This document shows, in pieces, positions 26,486 through 35,093 of a DNA stretch of 50,484 nt. The position numbers were made by a program, and so were the translations under genes. Source of the DNA: an uncultured archaeon (GTDB lineage: Archaea > Aenigmatarchaeota > Aenigmatarchaeia > QMZP01 > JAFGSV01); contig CAZTRL010000003.1 in the NCBI GenBank assembly GCA_964616715.1, positions 1 through 50,484 of the forward strand, read 5' to 3'. The notes below the pieces were generated by a model. That model was not told where the DNA came from. It saw only the letters and a program-made list of their open reading frames with translations, and did not search any database. Positions within the stretch are counted from its first letter, which is position 1; the number at the start of each line of letters is the position of its first letter.

Positions 26486-27433
26486 TCATCCACCGACCTT
26501 CACTGGCTTGCCCGTCTCAGCCGACCTGAGGCATGCCTCGCAGACCTTGGTTATCATGTATTCGGCATCGGCGCCGTCCTGGCGGCCGGCCGATGCGCAT
26601 TCGCAGAAGTACTTGAGTTCTTCCTTGAGTGGCTCGTTCTTCCTTATGTCGACACGGATCTCCTTTTCGCTCACCACCTTTCCGTTTTCTATCCTGATTG
26701 GATACTTTACCATCATCTGCTCGAGGAAGTCCACGTATATCTTCTGCTTGGAGCCGATGACCCACATGTCCCTCTTCTTCTCCGGATGGAACCACGTCAC
26801 CTCGAGGCTCGCCGGGAAGTCGCCGTAGTCGAGGTTCATAAGCGCGCAGTCCTCCCTCTCATCCGAGAGATAATTGACCTTCCTGCACGTCACGGTCTCG
26901 GGTTCCCTCTCCGTGAGGAAGTTCAGTATGTCGACAAGGTGGGTCGCGAAGTTCAGTATCACGCCTGAGTCCTTCCTTGGTGGTTTGTTCGAGTGTATGA
27001 ACCTGGTCGTTATGTAGTGTATGTCGCCGGCTTCCGGGAGCCGCTTTTTTAGCTCCAGAACGGAAGCGTTGAACCTGAAAAGATAGCCCACCATGAGCAC
27101 CAGGTTCTTCTGCTTTGCCTTCTTTATGAGTTCCATGGACTGCGATGCCCTTGGTGTCATGGGCTTTTCGACTATCACGTGCTTCCCAGCGTCAATGCAG
27201 TCAGAAACGACGTCGTAGTGAAGGTCCGTGGGAACGACGACGGACACGGCGTCCACTTCGGGCAGCATCTTCCTGTAGTCGCTGAAGAACTTGACGGAGA
27301 ACTCGTCGGCGATTTTCCTGGAGGTGGGGTTTATGTCGGCTATGCCGACGAGCTTGCAGTTGAGCTCGCTGTAAACCCTCACGTGGTTCTTCCCCCACTT
27401 TCCCGCACCTATCACGCCGACTTTGAGGGACAT
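26486..27433 (-). CDS. Gfo/Idh/MocA-family NAD(P) oxidoreductase (WbpB/WlbA-like)
   Basis: 315 aa. Motifs are MSLKVGVIGAGKWGKNH (Rossmann) and HVIVEKPM (the EKP motif). Its stop directly abuts the next ATG (TGAATG). Confidence 0.85.
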   Translation of the reverse strand: MSLKVGVIGAGKWGKNHVRVYSELNCKLVGIADINPTSRKIADEFSVKFFSDYRKMLPEVDAVSVVVPTDLHYDVVSDCIDAGKHVIVEKPMTPRASQSMELIKKAKQKNLVLMVGYLFRFNASVLELKKRLPEAGDIHYITTRFIHSNKPPRKDSGVILNFATHLVDILNFLTEREPETVTCRKVNYLSDEREDCALMNLDYGDFPASLEVTWFHPEKKRDMWVIGSKQKIYVDFLEQMMVKYPIRIENGKVVSEKEIRVDIRKNEPLKEELKYFCECASAGRQDGADAEYMITKVCEACLRSAETGKPVKVGG

Positions 27434-27480
27434 GTGTTATTTTTGATAAAGCGGTGTTTTAAAGCGTTCGCCGGGAGAAG

Positions 27481-28896
27481 CTAGCCGGTGGAGGACATTA
27501 TTATGCGCCAGGCCGCGCTCATGAATTTCTTCATCTCGGTTGGGTTGGAGACCCTCATCAGCGTCTGCACTATGAAACGGGGCCTGAAGTAGTACTGTTT
27601 GTAGGCCCGCTTGACCCACTTGCGCTGTTCTGCCGGCGGCAGCTCCTTCAGGTTGAGCTGGCCGTCGGAGAAGAAGAGGTGCATGAACTGGCTTGTCCTC
27701 TTCATGTACCAGTGGGGGTCCTTTATGGCTCCAGTCTTCACCGCCCAGAAATATATGTCGGTGTTGGGATAAGCCATGGTCGGCGCGAAGTTGGCGAAGT
27801 CCGGGCTGAGCTCCTTTGCGAAGGCTATGGTCTTCCTGACCGTCTCCGGCGTCTCTCCTGGATTCCCTATCATGAAGAAGCCCTGAGTCGTTATTCCTGC
27901 CTTCTTTGTGAGACGGAACGCTCTTCTCACCTGGTCAAGGGTTATGTTCTTGTGTATGTTGTCGAGTATCTTCTGTGAACCAGATTCTATGCCGTACGCT
28001 ATCTGCTTGCACCCGGCTTCTTTCATCGTCTTGAGAAGGGGTCCGTCGACGCAGTCGACGCGCGTGTTGCAAAGCCACTCTATCCTTATCTTGCGTTTCT
28101 TGATTTCATTGCAGAAGTCGATTACCCAGTCCCTTCTTACAGTGAAAGTGCTGTCCTTTATGAATATCTCATCGATGCCGAACTTCTTGTTCAGCTCCCC
28201 TACCTCATCCACGGTATTGGCCACGGACCTCATCCGCAGCCTTCTTCCCATCGTGGTGTGGACATCGCAAAAAGCGCAGTTGAAAGGGCATCCCCTGGTC
28301 ATTATTATGGACCCGACCCTCTTCTTGGACCCGCTGAAGATTGAGTAGTCCGACAAGTCTATCAGCTTGTGGTCCGGGAACGGTATGCTGTCAAGGTCCT
28401 CTATGAAAGGTCTTGCCTGGTTTGTTTTTATCCTGCCTCGGCTGTCACGATATATGAGGCCCTTTATCTTGGAAACGTCGCCGTCTGGGATGGCTCTCGC
28501 GAGTTCCACTATTGTCTCCTCACCCTCTCCGCATATGAGGTAGTCCACGTCATTTGTGTATTCCAGCACTTCGCCTTTCGTGCCATTTATGTGGGGACCG
28601 CCGAGGCATATCCTGACACCGGGACATTCCTCCTTCACGAGCTTTGCGAAGTCCAGCGTTATCGGGACGTGTGGTGTCATTATGGAGATGCCGATGAGGA
28701 ATGGCATCTCTGACTTTACCATCGAGACGACATCATCCATGCTGTAGTCTTTGACCCTCCAGTCCACGACGTTGACATGGAATCCGGCCTTTTCCAGTGA
28801 CGATGCGAGGTAGAGTATGCCTAGCGGGGGGAGCGTGTTGCCTTCGTCCCTCCCCACCTCTATCGGGGGAACCAGAAGTAATACATTGCTTTTCAT
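27481..28896 (-). CDS. B12-binding-domain radical SAM enzyme (class B rSAM), paralogue of 14083-15444
   Basis: 471 aa. Motifs are PLGILYLASSLEKAGFHVNVVD, GGPHIN, GEGEETIVELAR, and TRGCPFNCAFCD (CxxxCxxC). Confidence 0.85.
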   Translation of the reverse strand: MKSNVLLLVPPIEVGRDEGNTLPPLGILYLASSLEKAGFHVNVVDWRVKDYSMDDVVSMVKSEMPFLIGISIMTPHVPITLDFAKLVKEECPGVRICLGGPHINGTKGEVLEYTNDVDYLICGEGEETIVELARAIPDGDVSKIKGLIYRDSRGRIKTNQARPFIEDLDSIPFPDHKLIDLSDYSIFSGSKKRVGSIIMTRGCPFNCAFCDVHTTMGRRLRMRSVANTVDEVGELNKKFGIDEIFIKDSTFTVRRDWVIDFCNEIKKRKIRIEWLCNTRVDCVDGPLLKTMKEAGCKQIAYGIESGSQKILDNIHKNITLDQVRRAFRLTKKAGITTQGFFMIGNPGETPETVRKTIAFAKELSPDFANFAPTMAYPNTDIYFWAVKTGAIKDPHWYMKRTSQFMHLFFSDGQLNLKELPPAEQRKWVKRAYKQYYFRPRFIVQTLMRVSNPTEMKKFMSAAWRIIMSSTG

Positions 28897-28922
28897 TGGA
28901 TCACTTGAACCGTCGGGCTTCT

Positions 28923-28933
28923 TGCTATATACT
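28923..28933 (-). promoter_or_regulatory. TATA-like element (plus strand tgctatatact) for the B12-rSAM gene
   Basis: It is centred about 32 nt upstream of ATG 28896 in a 92-bp divergent spacer. Confidence 0.4.
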
Positions 28934-28943
28934 CATTCAGAAT

Positions 28944-28956
28944 CTATTTAAATTTT
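28944..28956 (+). promoter_or_regulatory. TATA-like element (ctatttaaatttt) for the SPASM-type rSAM gene
   Basis: It is centred about 39 nt upstream of ATG 28989. Confidence 0.4.
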
Positions 28957-28988
28957 GGTGTCTACTATCAATACCTGCTGTGGTCCGT

Positions 28989-29966
28989 ATGAAGAAGTCC
29001 CATATTCTGAAGAGCGGGATGGCGCTCATGAAGGTCTATGCAGGAGGCAAGGTTCCGCTGAAGGTCTCCCACTACATAACCTACAGGTGCAACCTGAGGT
29101 GCATATTCTGCTCGGCGTGGAAAAACAAGGGAAGAGAGGAGATGACGACAGATGAGATAAAGGATGCCATGGACGCATTCAAAAGCATGGGTACCGTTTC
29201 CTGGAGCATAAGCGGTGGTGAGCCATTCATAAGAGATGATTTGCCTGAGATTCTCAGGCACGCCAAGTCCAATGGGTTTATTACGAGCGTCGTCACTAAC
29301 GGCACCTTTCCGCACAGGATAAAGGATGTGAAGGGTCTTGTGGACCTTTTACTGATAAGCATAGAAGGCGGAAAGGACGAGACCGACCATTACAGGGGAA
29401 CGGGGACGTTCGACAAGGTGAAAGAGACGATAGGTGAGGTGAAGAAGTACGGGATTAACACAAACCTGAACACCGTGCTGAAATGGGACAACAGGAAGCA
29501 GATGGAGTATATAATAAATCTCGCCGAAGAGAATGGCCTGATGTGCGGTTTCCAGCCCATATTCGACTATAGTGACGGGAGGGAGCTGAAGGAGATAGTC
29601 GAATCCGAAGCCAAGCTGGAGGGTATCCACGGAAACATACGATTCATAGAGAAAGCAAAGAAGGAAGGAAAGCCCATATTGAATTCGTTCTCTTACATGA
29701 AGTACATAAGAAACTACGGCAAAGGCGATTTCAAGAAATTGCGTTGCTTTGCAGGAAGGAATACGGTCCTGTTGGAGCCCGACGGAACCATGAAGAGATG
29801 CTACTGGGATGCGAAGCCTGTAAAGAAAGGCGACTGGAAAGAGTCTTTCAGATGTGTCGGGAAGGCCCCTGAAGGCTGTTATTGCTGGCCGAAATGCCAT
29901 GGTGAGAACAATGCCATATTTTCACTGAGCATTGATTCAATACTGAATGCGAAAAAGCGCATATGA
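28989..29966 (+). CDS. Radical SAM enzyme with a Cys-rich C-terminal auxiliary-cluster (SPASM/twitch-like) domain
   Basis: In-frame ATG 28989 (MKKSHILK..). YRCNLRCIFC is the CxxxCxxC motif, and GGEPF is also present. The last ~80 aa contain 7 Cys (LRCFAG..KRCYW..FRCVG..EGCYCWPKCHGE). Track start 28797 overlaps the divergent rSAM gene and is rejected. Confidence 0.8.
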   Translation: MKKSHILKSGMALMKVYAGGKVPLKVSHYITYRCNLRCIFCSAWKNKGREEMTTDEIKDAMDAFKSMGTVSWSISGGEPFIRDDLPEILRHAKSNGFITSVVTNGTFPHRIKDVKGLVDLLLISIEGGKDETDHYRGTGTFDKVKETIGEVKKYGINTNLNTVLKWDNRKQMEYIINLAEENGLMCGFQPIFDYSDGRELKEIVESEAKLEGIHGNIRFIEKAKKEGKPILNSFSYMKYIRNYGKGDFKKLRCFAGRNTVLLEPDGTMKRCYWDAKPVKKGDWKESFRCVGKAPEGCYCWPKCHGENNAIFSLSIDSILNAKKRI

Positions 29967-30086
29967 ACAGGTCTGGCAGGCATGCCGTTCATGGGTTTCT
30001 CTTCTTGCGCATGTGCTCGCAGGACTCCTGTCCCATGATGCCCGGAAACTAATAAAAAGAGGGAATAGAAAGGTATAAGTGGTTAC

Positions 30087-31025
30087 ATGTACAAGAAGCA
30101 CAAGGTCGCACTCGTCGTCCCGGCGTACAAAGAGGAGAAGATGATAAGGGCCACGATGGAAGGCGCGGGGAAGCAGTTCGACAGGATATACGTGATTGAC
30201 GACTGCTCACCTGACAAGACCGCATCCATAGTGGAGGCTCATTCCAAGAAGGACAGGAGGGTCGTCCTCCTGAGGCATGAGAAGAACAAGGGAGTCGGCC
30301 AGGCCATAATAACGGGATACAAGCAGGCCGCAAAGGACGGTTGTGACATAGCCGTGGTAGTGGGCGGGGACAACCAGATGGACCTCGCCGACGTGGATAA
30401 TTTACTCGAGCCCATAGTGAAGGGCGAGGCCGACTACGTCAAGGGCAACAGGTGGATGTGGCACTCTCTGGATGTGATGCCAAGGCACAGGTTCTTTGGG
30501 AATTCGAGCCTTTCGCTTCTGACCAAGCTGGCATCCGGATACTGGAAGATATTCGATACGCAGGATGGATACACGGCGACCACCAGGAACCTCATAGAGA
30601 CGGTAGACTGGAGCAAGGCGTGGAAGGGGTATGGCTACGTCTCCGACTGGCTCATAAGGCTGAACGTCTATGGGTTCAGGGTGAAGGACGTGCCTAGGAG
30701 GCCAATCTATCTGGAAGGGGAAAGGCAGTCGCAGATAGGCATAGGAAGATACATGGTGAGGGTACTGCCGATGCTCATGAAGGGCTTCTTCTGGAGGCTA
30801 AAGGAGAAGTACATAGTGAGAGACTTCCATCCGCTGGTGTTCTTCTACATACTGGGCCTCATACTCACGCCCGTGGGTTTTCTGACGGGATTGTGGCTGA
30901 TTTGGCACAGCCTGTTCGTGGGCGGCGTGAGCGGGTCAACGGCCGTGTTGGTGGCCATGATGCTCATACTCGGCCTTCAGTCGACGTTCTTCGCGATGTT
31001 TTTTGACATGGAAGCAAGCAAGTGA
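30087..31025 (+). CDS. GT2 polyprenyl-phosphate sugar synthase, GtrB/AglD-like, with C-terminal TM hairpin
   Basis: 312 aa. Motifs are VALVVPAYKEEKMI, VIDDCSPDKT and GGDNQMD. There are two C-terminal TM segments (LVFFYILGLILTPVGF.., AVLVAMMLILGLQS). Confidence 0.85.
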   Translation: MYKKHKVALVVPAYKEEKMIRATMEGAGKQFDRIYVIDDCSPDKTASIVEAHSKKDRRVVLLRHEKNKGVGQAIITGYKQAAKDGCDIAVVVGGDNQMDLADVDNLLEPIVKGEADYVKGNRWMWHSLDVMPRHRFFGNSSLSLLTKLASGYWKIFDTQDGYTATTRNLIETVDWSKAWKGYGYVSDWLIRLNVYGFRVKDVPRRPIYLEGERQSQIGIGRYMVRVLPMLMKGFFWRLKEKYIVRDFHPLVFFYILGLILTPVGFLTGLWLIWHSLFVGGVSGSTAVLVAMMLILGLQSTFFAMFFDMEASK

Positions 31026-31030
31026 ATCTA

Positions 31031-31040
31031 AATTTAAATA
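31031..31040 (+). promoter_or_regulatory. TATA box (aatttaaata) upstream of the GT-C gene
   Basis: It is centred about 25 nt upstream of ATG 31060, with leaderless geometry. Confidence 0.45.
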
Positions 31041-31059
31041 ATACAGCCAATTTGGTTGT

Positions 31060-32610
31060 ATGTTTCTGCGAAGAAGGGTCAGGCCCGAGATTTTCACTAA
31101 ACTTCTGGCGGCATTCATCATTGTGTATGCGGCGGTGCTCCTTGTCGGGATAGGATACAGGACGGCCATCTGGGATGAGTTCCAGAATACGGCCCTCCCC
31201 TTCCTTCTGTATGACATGACGACAAACGCCGGAAGCATCGGTCCCGGCTTCGCGGCGTTGAAGGCATACGCCATCGATTACCAGGCCCATTATGCGGTCT
31301 TCTACAGCCTCATACACCACCCACCCTTCCACCGCATATTCCTCTATGCGGCTTTCATGCTGGCTGGCCCCGGGGAGGTCTCCGGAAGGGCGGTGAGCGT
31401 GGCGTTCGCCGTCCTGGCGCTTGTCGTGACGTATATGGCCGCATACAGGATGACAAAAAGAAGAGACCTGTCTTTGCTTTCCTCTGTGACGCTTGCGCTC
31501 ATCCCGACGTTCTCGGAGTTCAGCCGCCTGATAATGCTCGAAATTCCGCTTGTAGCGATGACAACCCTGACCGTCTATGCGTTCCTGAGGTATGAGAAGA
31601 GCCGGAAGGCCTCTGATGCAATACTGCTGGGTGTCGCGGCGGGACTATGCATGCTCACCAAGAACTACGGCCTGCTCGTGCTGGTGCCTTTGGGGCTGTA
31701 CATGCTCGTTGAGGGAGGCATCCGCTCATTCGCTGACAGGAAAGTGCTGATGGCGCTGGCCGTTGCGCTTGCCATGGCCGTCCCGTGGTATGTCTTCGCG
31801 GCCATGCTCCCGTCGATTGCTGGTGTTAACGAAAACCTTGTAGGCGCGTATGTAAGCTACTTCTCTCCGAACCCGGAGGTGTTTGCCGAGGTCCCGTCAT
31901 TCTATCTCATGACATTCTCGTGGATACTGGGCCCGCTTTCAATCCTGGCGGTCGTGAGAGCCTTCATGAGGAGGGACAAGACGGATGTGCTGCTTCTACT
32001 GTGGGCGCTTTCGTATTTCATCTTTTTCATGGTTGCGATAGGCCCTTCGGTAGGCCATTTGCACAGGTTCATAATGCCGGCTCTCCCGGCTTTCGCCATA
32101 CTCATTGCAAGACTCATGGGAGAGATTGTGGACTCGAGAAGGTTCAGGCACCCATGGCACATCATAATGGCCGTGCTTGTCTGCTCTGCAGCACTCTCGG
32201 TTGCGTACAACGCTTCCGTCGACGTGAGAAAGCCCATGGACGAGGCGTCAGTGTACATACTAGCGAATTCCAATGTGGGGGACGGTGTTATAACTACAGA
32301 CTTCTACCAGACATTCTACCTGCTAAAGCACGACAGGGACCTCAAGGTGTTCAACTTGAACGCAAGGAACATGGAAACTCTGGGCTCGATACTCAACAGC
32401 ACTCACGCAAGCCCGGCGAGGGATGCGGTGGGCATTAAGAATCCTGAAAACTATAGTTATCTTGTGCTAGAATACCCTCTCCAGCCCAAGGTGGAGGCCA
32501 ATCCGGACTTCGTCAGCTTCATAGAGGACAGCGGCTGTCTCCACAAGGAGAAGGTTTTCGGGAACGAAACCGAGATAGTGTTATACAGGTTTGATGAGGA
32601 TTGCGCATGA
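31060..32610 (+). CDS. GT-C fold membrane glycosyltransferase (ArnT/PMT-like)
   Basis: 516 aa and polytopic. The first external loop is TAIWDEFQNTA (the same W-D-E motif as the 610-aa paralogue). The soluble C-terminal domain is about 130 aa. Confidence 0.75.
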   Translation: MFLRRRVRPEIFTKLLAAFIIVYAAVLLVGIGYRTAIWDEFQNTALPFLLYDMTTNAGSIGPGFAALKAYAIDYQAHYAVFYSLIHHPPFHRIFLYAAFMLAGPGEVSGRAVSVAFAVLALVVTYMAAYRMTKRRDLSLLSSVTLALIPTFSEFSRLIMLEIPLVAMTTLTVYAFLRYEKSRKASDAILLGVAAGLCMLTKNYGLLVLVPLGLYMLVEGGIRSFADRKVLMALAVALAMAVPWYVFAAMLPSIAGVNENLVGAYVSYFSPNPEVFAEVPSFYLMTFSWILGPLSILAVVRAFMRRDKTDVLLLLWALSYFIFFMVAIGPSVGHLHRFIMPALPAFAILIARLMGEIVDSRRFRHPWHIIMAVLVCSAALSVAYNASVDVRKPMDEASVYILANSNVGDGVITTDFYQTFYLLKHDRDLKVFNLNARNMETLGSILNSTHASPARDAVGIKNPENYSYLVLEYPLQPKVEANPDFVSFIEDSGCLHKEKVFGNETEIVLYRFDEDCA

Positions 32611-33272
32611 AGGTGTCTGTGATCATCCCGGCTTACAACGAGGAGAAGGCCATAGCAGAGGTCTTGGAAGACGTGAAGGTCGCGGCGCTAGGCAGCCATG
32701 AGGTAATAGCCGTTGACGACGGCTCTTCGGACGGGACCTACGAGAAAGCGAGGAAGGTGAAAGGTGCCAGGGTTATAAGGCACAGGAGGAATACGGGAAA
32801 GGCTGGTGCGCTCAAGACGGGATTCGAGGCAGCGAAGGGTGAGATTCTTGTCACTATAGATGCCGACTGCACTTATCCTGCAAATGACCTTCCAAGAATA
32901 GTGGAGCCTCTCCTGAAAGGGAAGGCGGATGTCGTGATAGGGTCCAGGTTCATGGGAAAGAGCACAGAGATGGCGAGGCTCAATTACTTCGGCAACTGCA
33001 TATTCGCGGCCGTCGTTTCGCTTCTCACGGGAAAGAAGGTGACGGATCCCTCATCGGGCATGCGGGCCTTCAGGAGGGATGTCTGGAAATCCCTTGACAT
33101 AAAGGCCAAGGGCCTGGACTGGGAAGTCGAGATGACCACGGCGTCTGTAAGGAAGGGTTACAGGCTCATGGAAATTCCGATAGAGTATCACGACAGGGTC
33201 GGGGAGGCGAAACTCAGCAGGTTCAAGGACGGCTCCAAGTTCCTCCTGGCAATACTCAGGGCGCGCTTCTGA
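32607..33272 (+). CDS. GT2 polyprenyl/dolichyl-phosphate sugar synthase-like glycosyltransferase (DPM1 type)
   Basis: The track start 32601 is TTG. ATG 32607 overlaps the upstream stop (ATGA). Motifs are VSVIIPAYNEEKAI, AVDDGSSDGT and TIDADC. Confidence 0.85.
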   Translation: MKVSVIIPAYNEEKAIAEVLEDVKVAALGSHEVIAVDDGSSDGTYEKARKVKGARVIRHRRNTGKAGALKTGFEAAKGEILVTIDADCTYPANDLPRIVEPLLKGKADVVIGSRFMGKSTEMARLNYFGNCIFAAVVSLLTGKKVTDPSSGMRAFRRDVWKSLDIKAKGLDWEVEMTTASVRKGYRLMEIPIEYHDRVGEAKLSRFKDGSKFLLAILRARF

Positions 33273-34236
33273 ACTCCTTCAGCACGTCGCTGCTCCTTAT
33301 GGGATTCGAGACCCACAGCACAGCTCCGGCGGCTCCCATGACCACATACGTAGTCATGAAGGATAGGAGGGAAAGCGAAACGGCAGACTCCGAGGGTATT
33401 GACACGAGGGAAAAGAAGAATATCAGCGCCGCGTCCCTAGTGCCTATGCCTGAGAAGGATACGGGAAGGGTGTCTAGAAGGACAGCTATTGGCACCACGC
33501 CCATGAAGAAGGTGTAGGGAAGATCGAGGCCTATGGCGGAGGAAAGCAGCCAGAACTGGCTTATTGATATGATCCACGTCACGACGCAGAGGAGGACAGC
33601 AGCTCCCAGCATGGGCTTCCTCATCCCGGATAGGCCTTCGTAGAAATCGTGGAATGCCCTCCCGAGAACGTTATGGTACCTTGATGGCAGCAGCCTGAGC
33701 GAGAGCGGCCTCGCGACCCTTAGTATGATTGACTTCCTCATGAGTGCCGCGACGAGTACCAGGAAAATCAGGAAGGCGCCGGAGATGTATGCCAGAAGGC
33801 CTGTGCCCTGGGACATGCCTCCGGCTATTACGGCCATCCCCGCAAGCGAGAAACAGAAGAGCACGACTATGTCGTTTATCCTGTCCAGAAATACGGTGGT
33901 GAGGGACTTGCCCCCGCTCAGGCCCGTCTCTTTCCTGAGGTACAATGCTCTTGAAAGGTCGCCTATCCTGCCGGGTGTTATTATCCCTAGGAAGAACCCG
34001 GACAACCAGGCTCGTATGGACTTCAGCAGGCTGTACCCGGTACCATATGACCTTATAATCACATTCCACTTGAGGCTCTTGAGTATGATGTTCGGCACCG
34101 CCAAGAGTATGGAGCACGAGACGAGCGCCGGGTCAGCAGAGGACAGTATGGAGAGGAGCCTTCCGGTGTCTATGTTGAGTATTATGACGGCGAAGATGAC
34201 CAGGCCTACTAGCGGCAGGAATGATGCCTTTCTCAT
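33256..34236 (-). CDS. Polytopic membrane protein, UPF0104 / LPG-synthase-TM 'flippase-like' family, paralogue of 15446-16390
   Basis: 326 aa with about 8 TM segments. Its 3' end overlaps the convergent GT2 gene by 17 nt. Confidence 0.65.
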   Translation of the reverse strand: MRKASFLPLVGLVIFAVIILNIDTGRLLSILSSADPALVSCSILLAVPNIILKSLKWNVIIRSYGTGYSLLKSIRAWLSGFFLGIITPGRIGDLSRALYLRKETGLSGGKSLTTVFLDRINDIVVLFCFSLAGMAVIAGGMSQGTGLLAYISGAFLIFLVLVAALMRKSIILRVARPLSLRLLPSRYHNVLGRAFHDFYEGLSGMRKPMLGAAVLLCVVTWIISISQFWLLSSAIGLDLPYTFFMGVVPIAVLLDTLPVSFSGIGTRDAALIFFFSLVSIPSESAVSLSLLSFMTTYVVMGAAGAVLWVSNPIRSSDVLKEFRSAP

Positions 34237-34256
34237 CTTAACGCCTTCCTGCGGAG

Positions 34257-35093
34257 TCAGCTTTCCTCATGCTTCTTTATCCTCTTCATGAGGCTTTCTC
34301 TTTCCTTTATGTGGAGGTCCACGTCAAGGAACGAGAGGAGGTCCTTCTCCGTCTTCAGTATCGTTTTCCATTTTCCTATGTCGAGATACTTGCCACTTAA
34401 CACCACGCCGTAGACACTCTCGCCGTTCCTCAGCGCCAAGTCTATGGCGTCCGTTATCTGTATCTCTCCCTTGGCCCCAGGCCTGGTCTTATCTATATAG
34501 TCGAATATCTTCGGCTCGAAGACGTAAGCCCCGCACATGGCATAGTAGCCGCCGTTCACCCTGTAGTCCCTCGCCTTCTCTGCGCCGGGCTTCTCCACCA
34601 CCTTTGTCACGGCGCCGCAGCAGTCGTTTTCCATCTTCACCCTGGCGATCCCGTATCCCTTCGGGTCGGTAACCTCGAAAAGGAGAAGGGTCGCGATGGG
34701 TTTTTTCTTTTTGTGCACATTTATCAGCTGCTTTATCTCATCCTTGGGCTCTATGAAGGAATCGCCGAGAAGCGTGACGAAGGTCGTGTCTATCCAGTCC
34801 TTCCCCTGATTTATCGCATGGCCAAGGCCCTTTCTCTTCATCTGGTATATGTATGCGGTGTTCACGCCGAAGAAAGAGCCGTCGCCGATGTAGTCCATGA
34901 GCGCGCCCTTCTGGTAGCCTACCACCATGAATATCTTCTTTATGCCCCCTTTCCTGAGGTTCTCTACACAGTGCTCTATAACGGCCTTGCCGAGTATAGG
35001 GTACATCTCCTTTGGGACCGCCCTGGCAAACGGATACAGCCTTGTCCCGCTTCCCGCGGCAGGTATGAGCCCCACTATCTCATCGCATGGCAT
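34257..35093 (-). CDS. Sugar-1-phosphate nucleotidyltransferase (RmlA/GalU-like)
   Basis: The track start 35102 is GTG. ATG 35093 gives MPCDEIVGLIPAAGSGTRLYPFARAVPKEM (canonical GxGTRL) and forms a TAATG overlap with the upstream dehydrogenase stop. Confidence 0.85.
   Translation of the reverse strand: MPCDEIVGLIPAAGSGTRLYPFARAVPKEMYPILGKAVIEHCVENLRKGGIKKIFMVVGYQKGALMDYIGDGSFFGVNTAYIYQMKRKGLGHAINQGKDWIDTTFVTLLGDSFIEPKDEIKQLINVHKKKKPIATLLLFEVTDPKGYGIARVKMENDCCGAVTKVVEKPGAEKARDYRVNGGYYAMCGAYVFEPKIFDYIDKTRPGAKGEIQITDAIDLALRNGESVYGVVLSGKYLDIGKWKTILKTEKDLLSFLDVDLHIKERESLMKRIKKHEES

Noticed and set aside
29982-30038. An 18-codon mini-ORF (MPFMGFSSCACARRTPVP) directly downstream of the SPASM-type radical SAM gene, a possible RiPP precursor
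   Set aside because: It is too short to evaluate. It has no SD or TATA in a suitable position, and its codon choice is not obviously like the neighbours. Many such ORFs arise by chance in a 120-bp spacer. It is worth revisiting only if it proves conserved next to orthologous rSAM genes.
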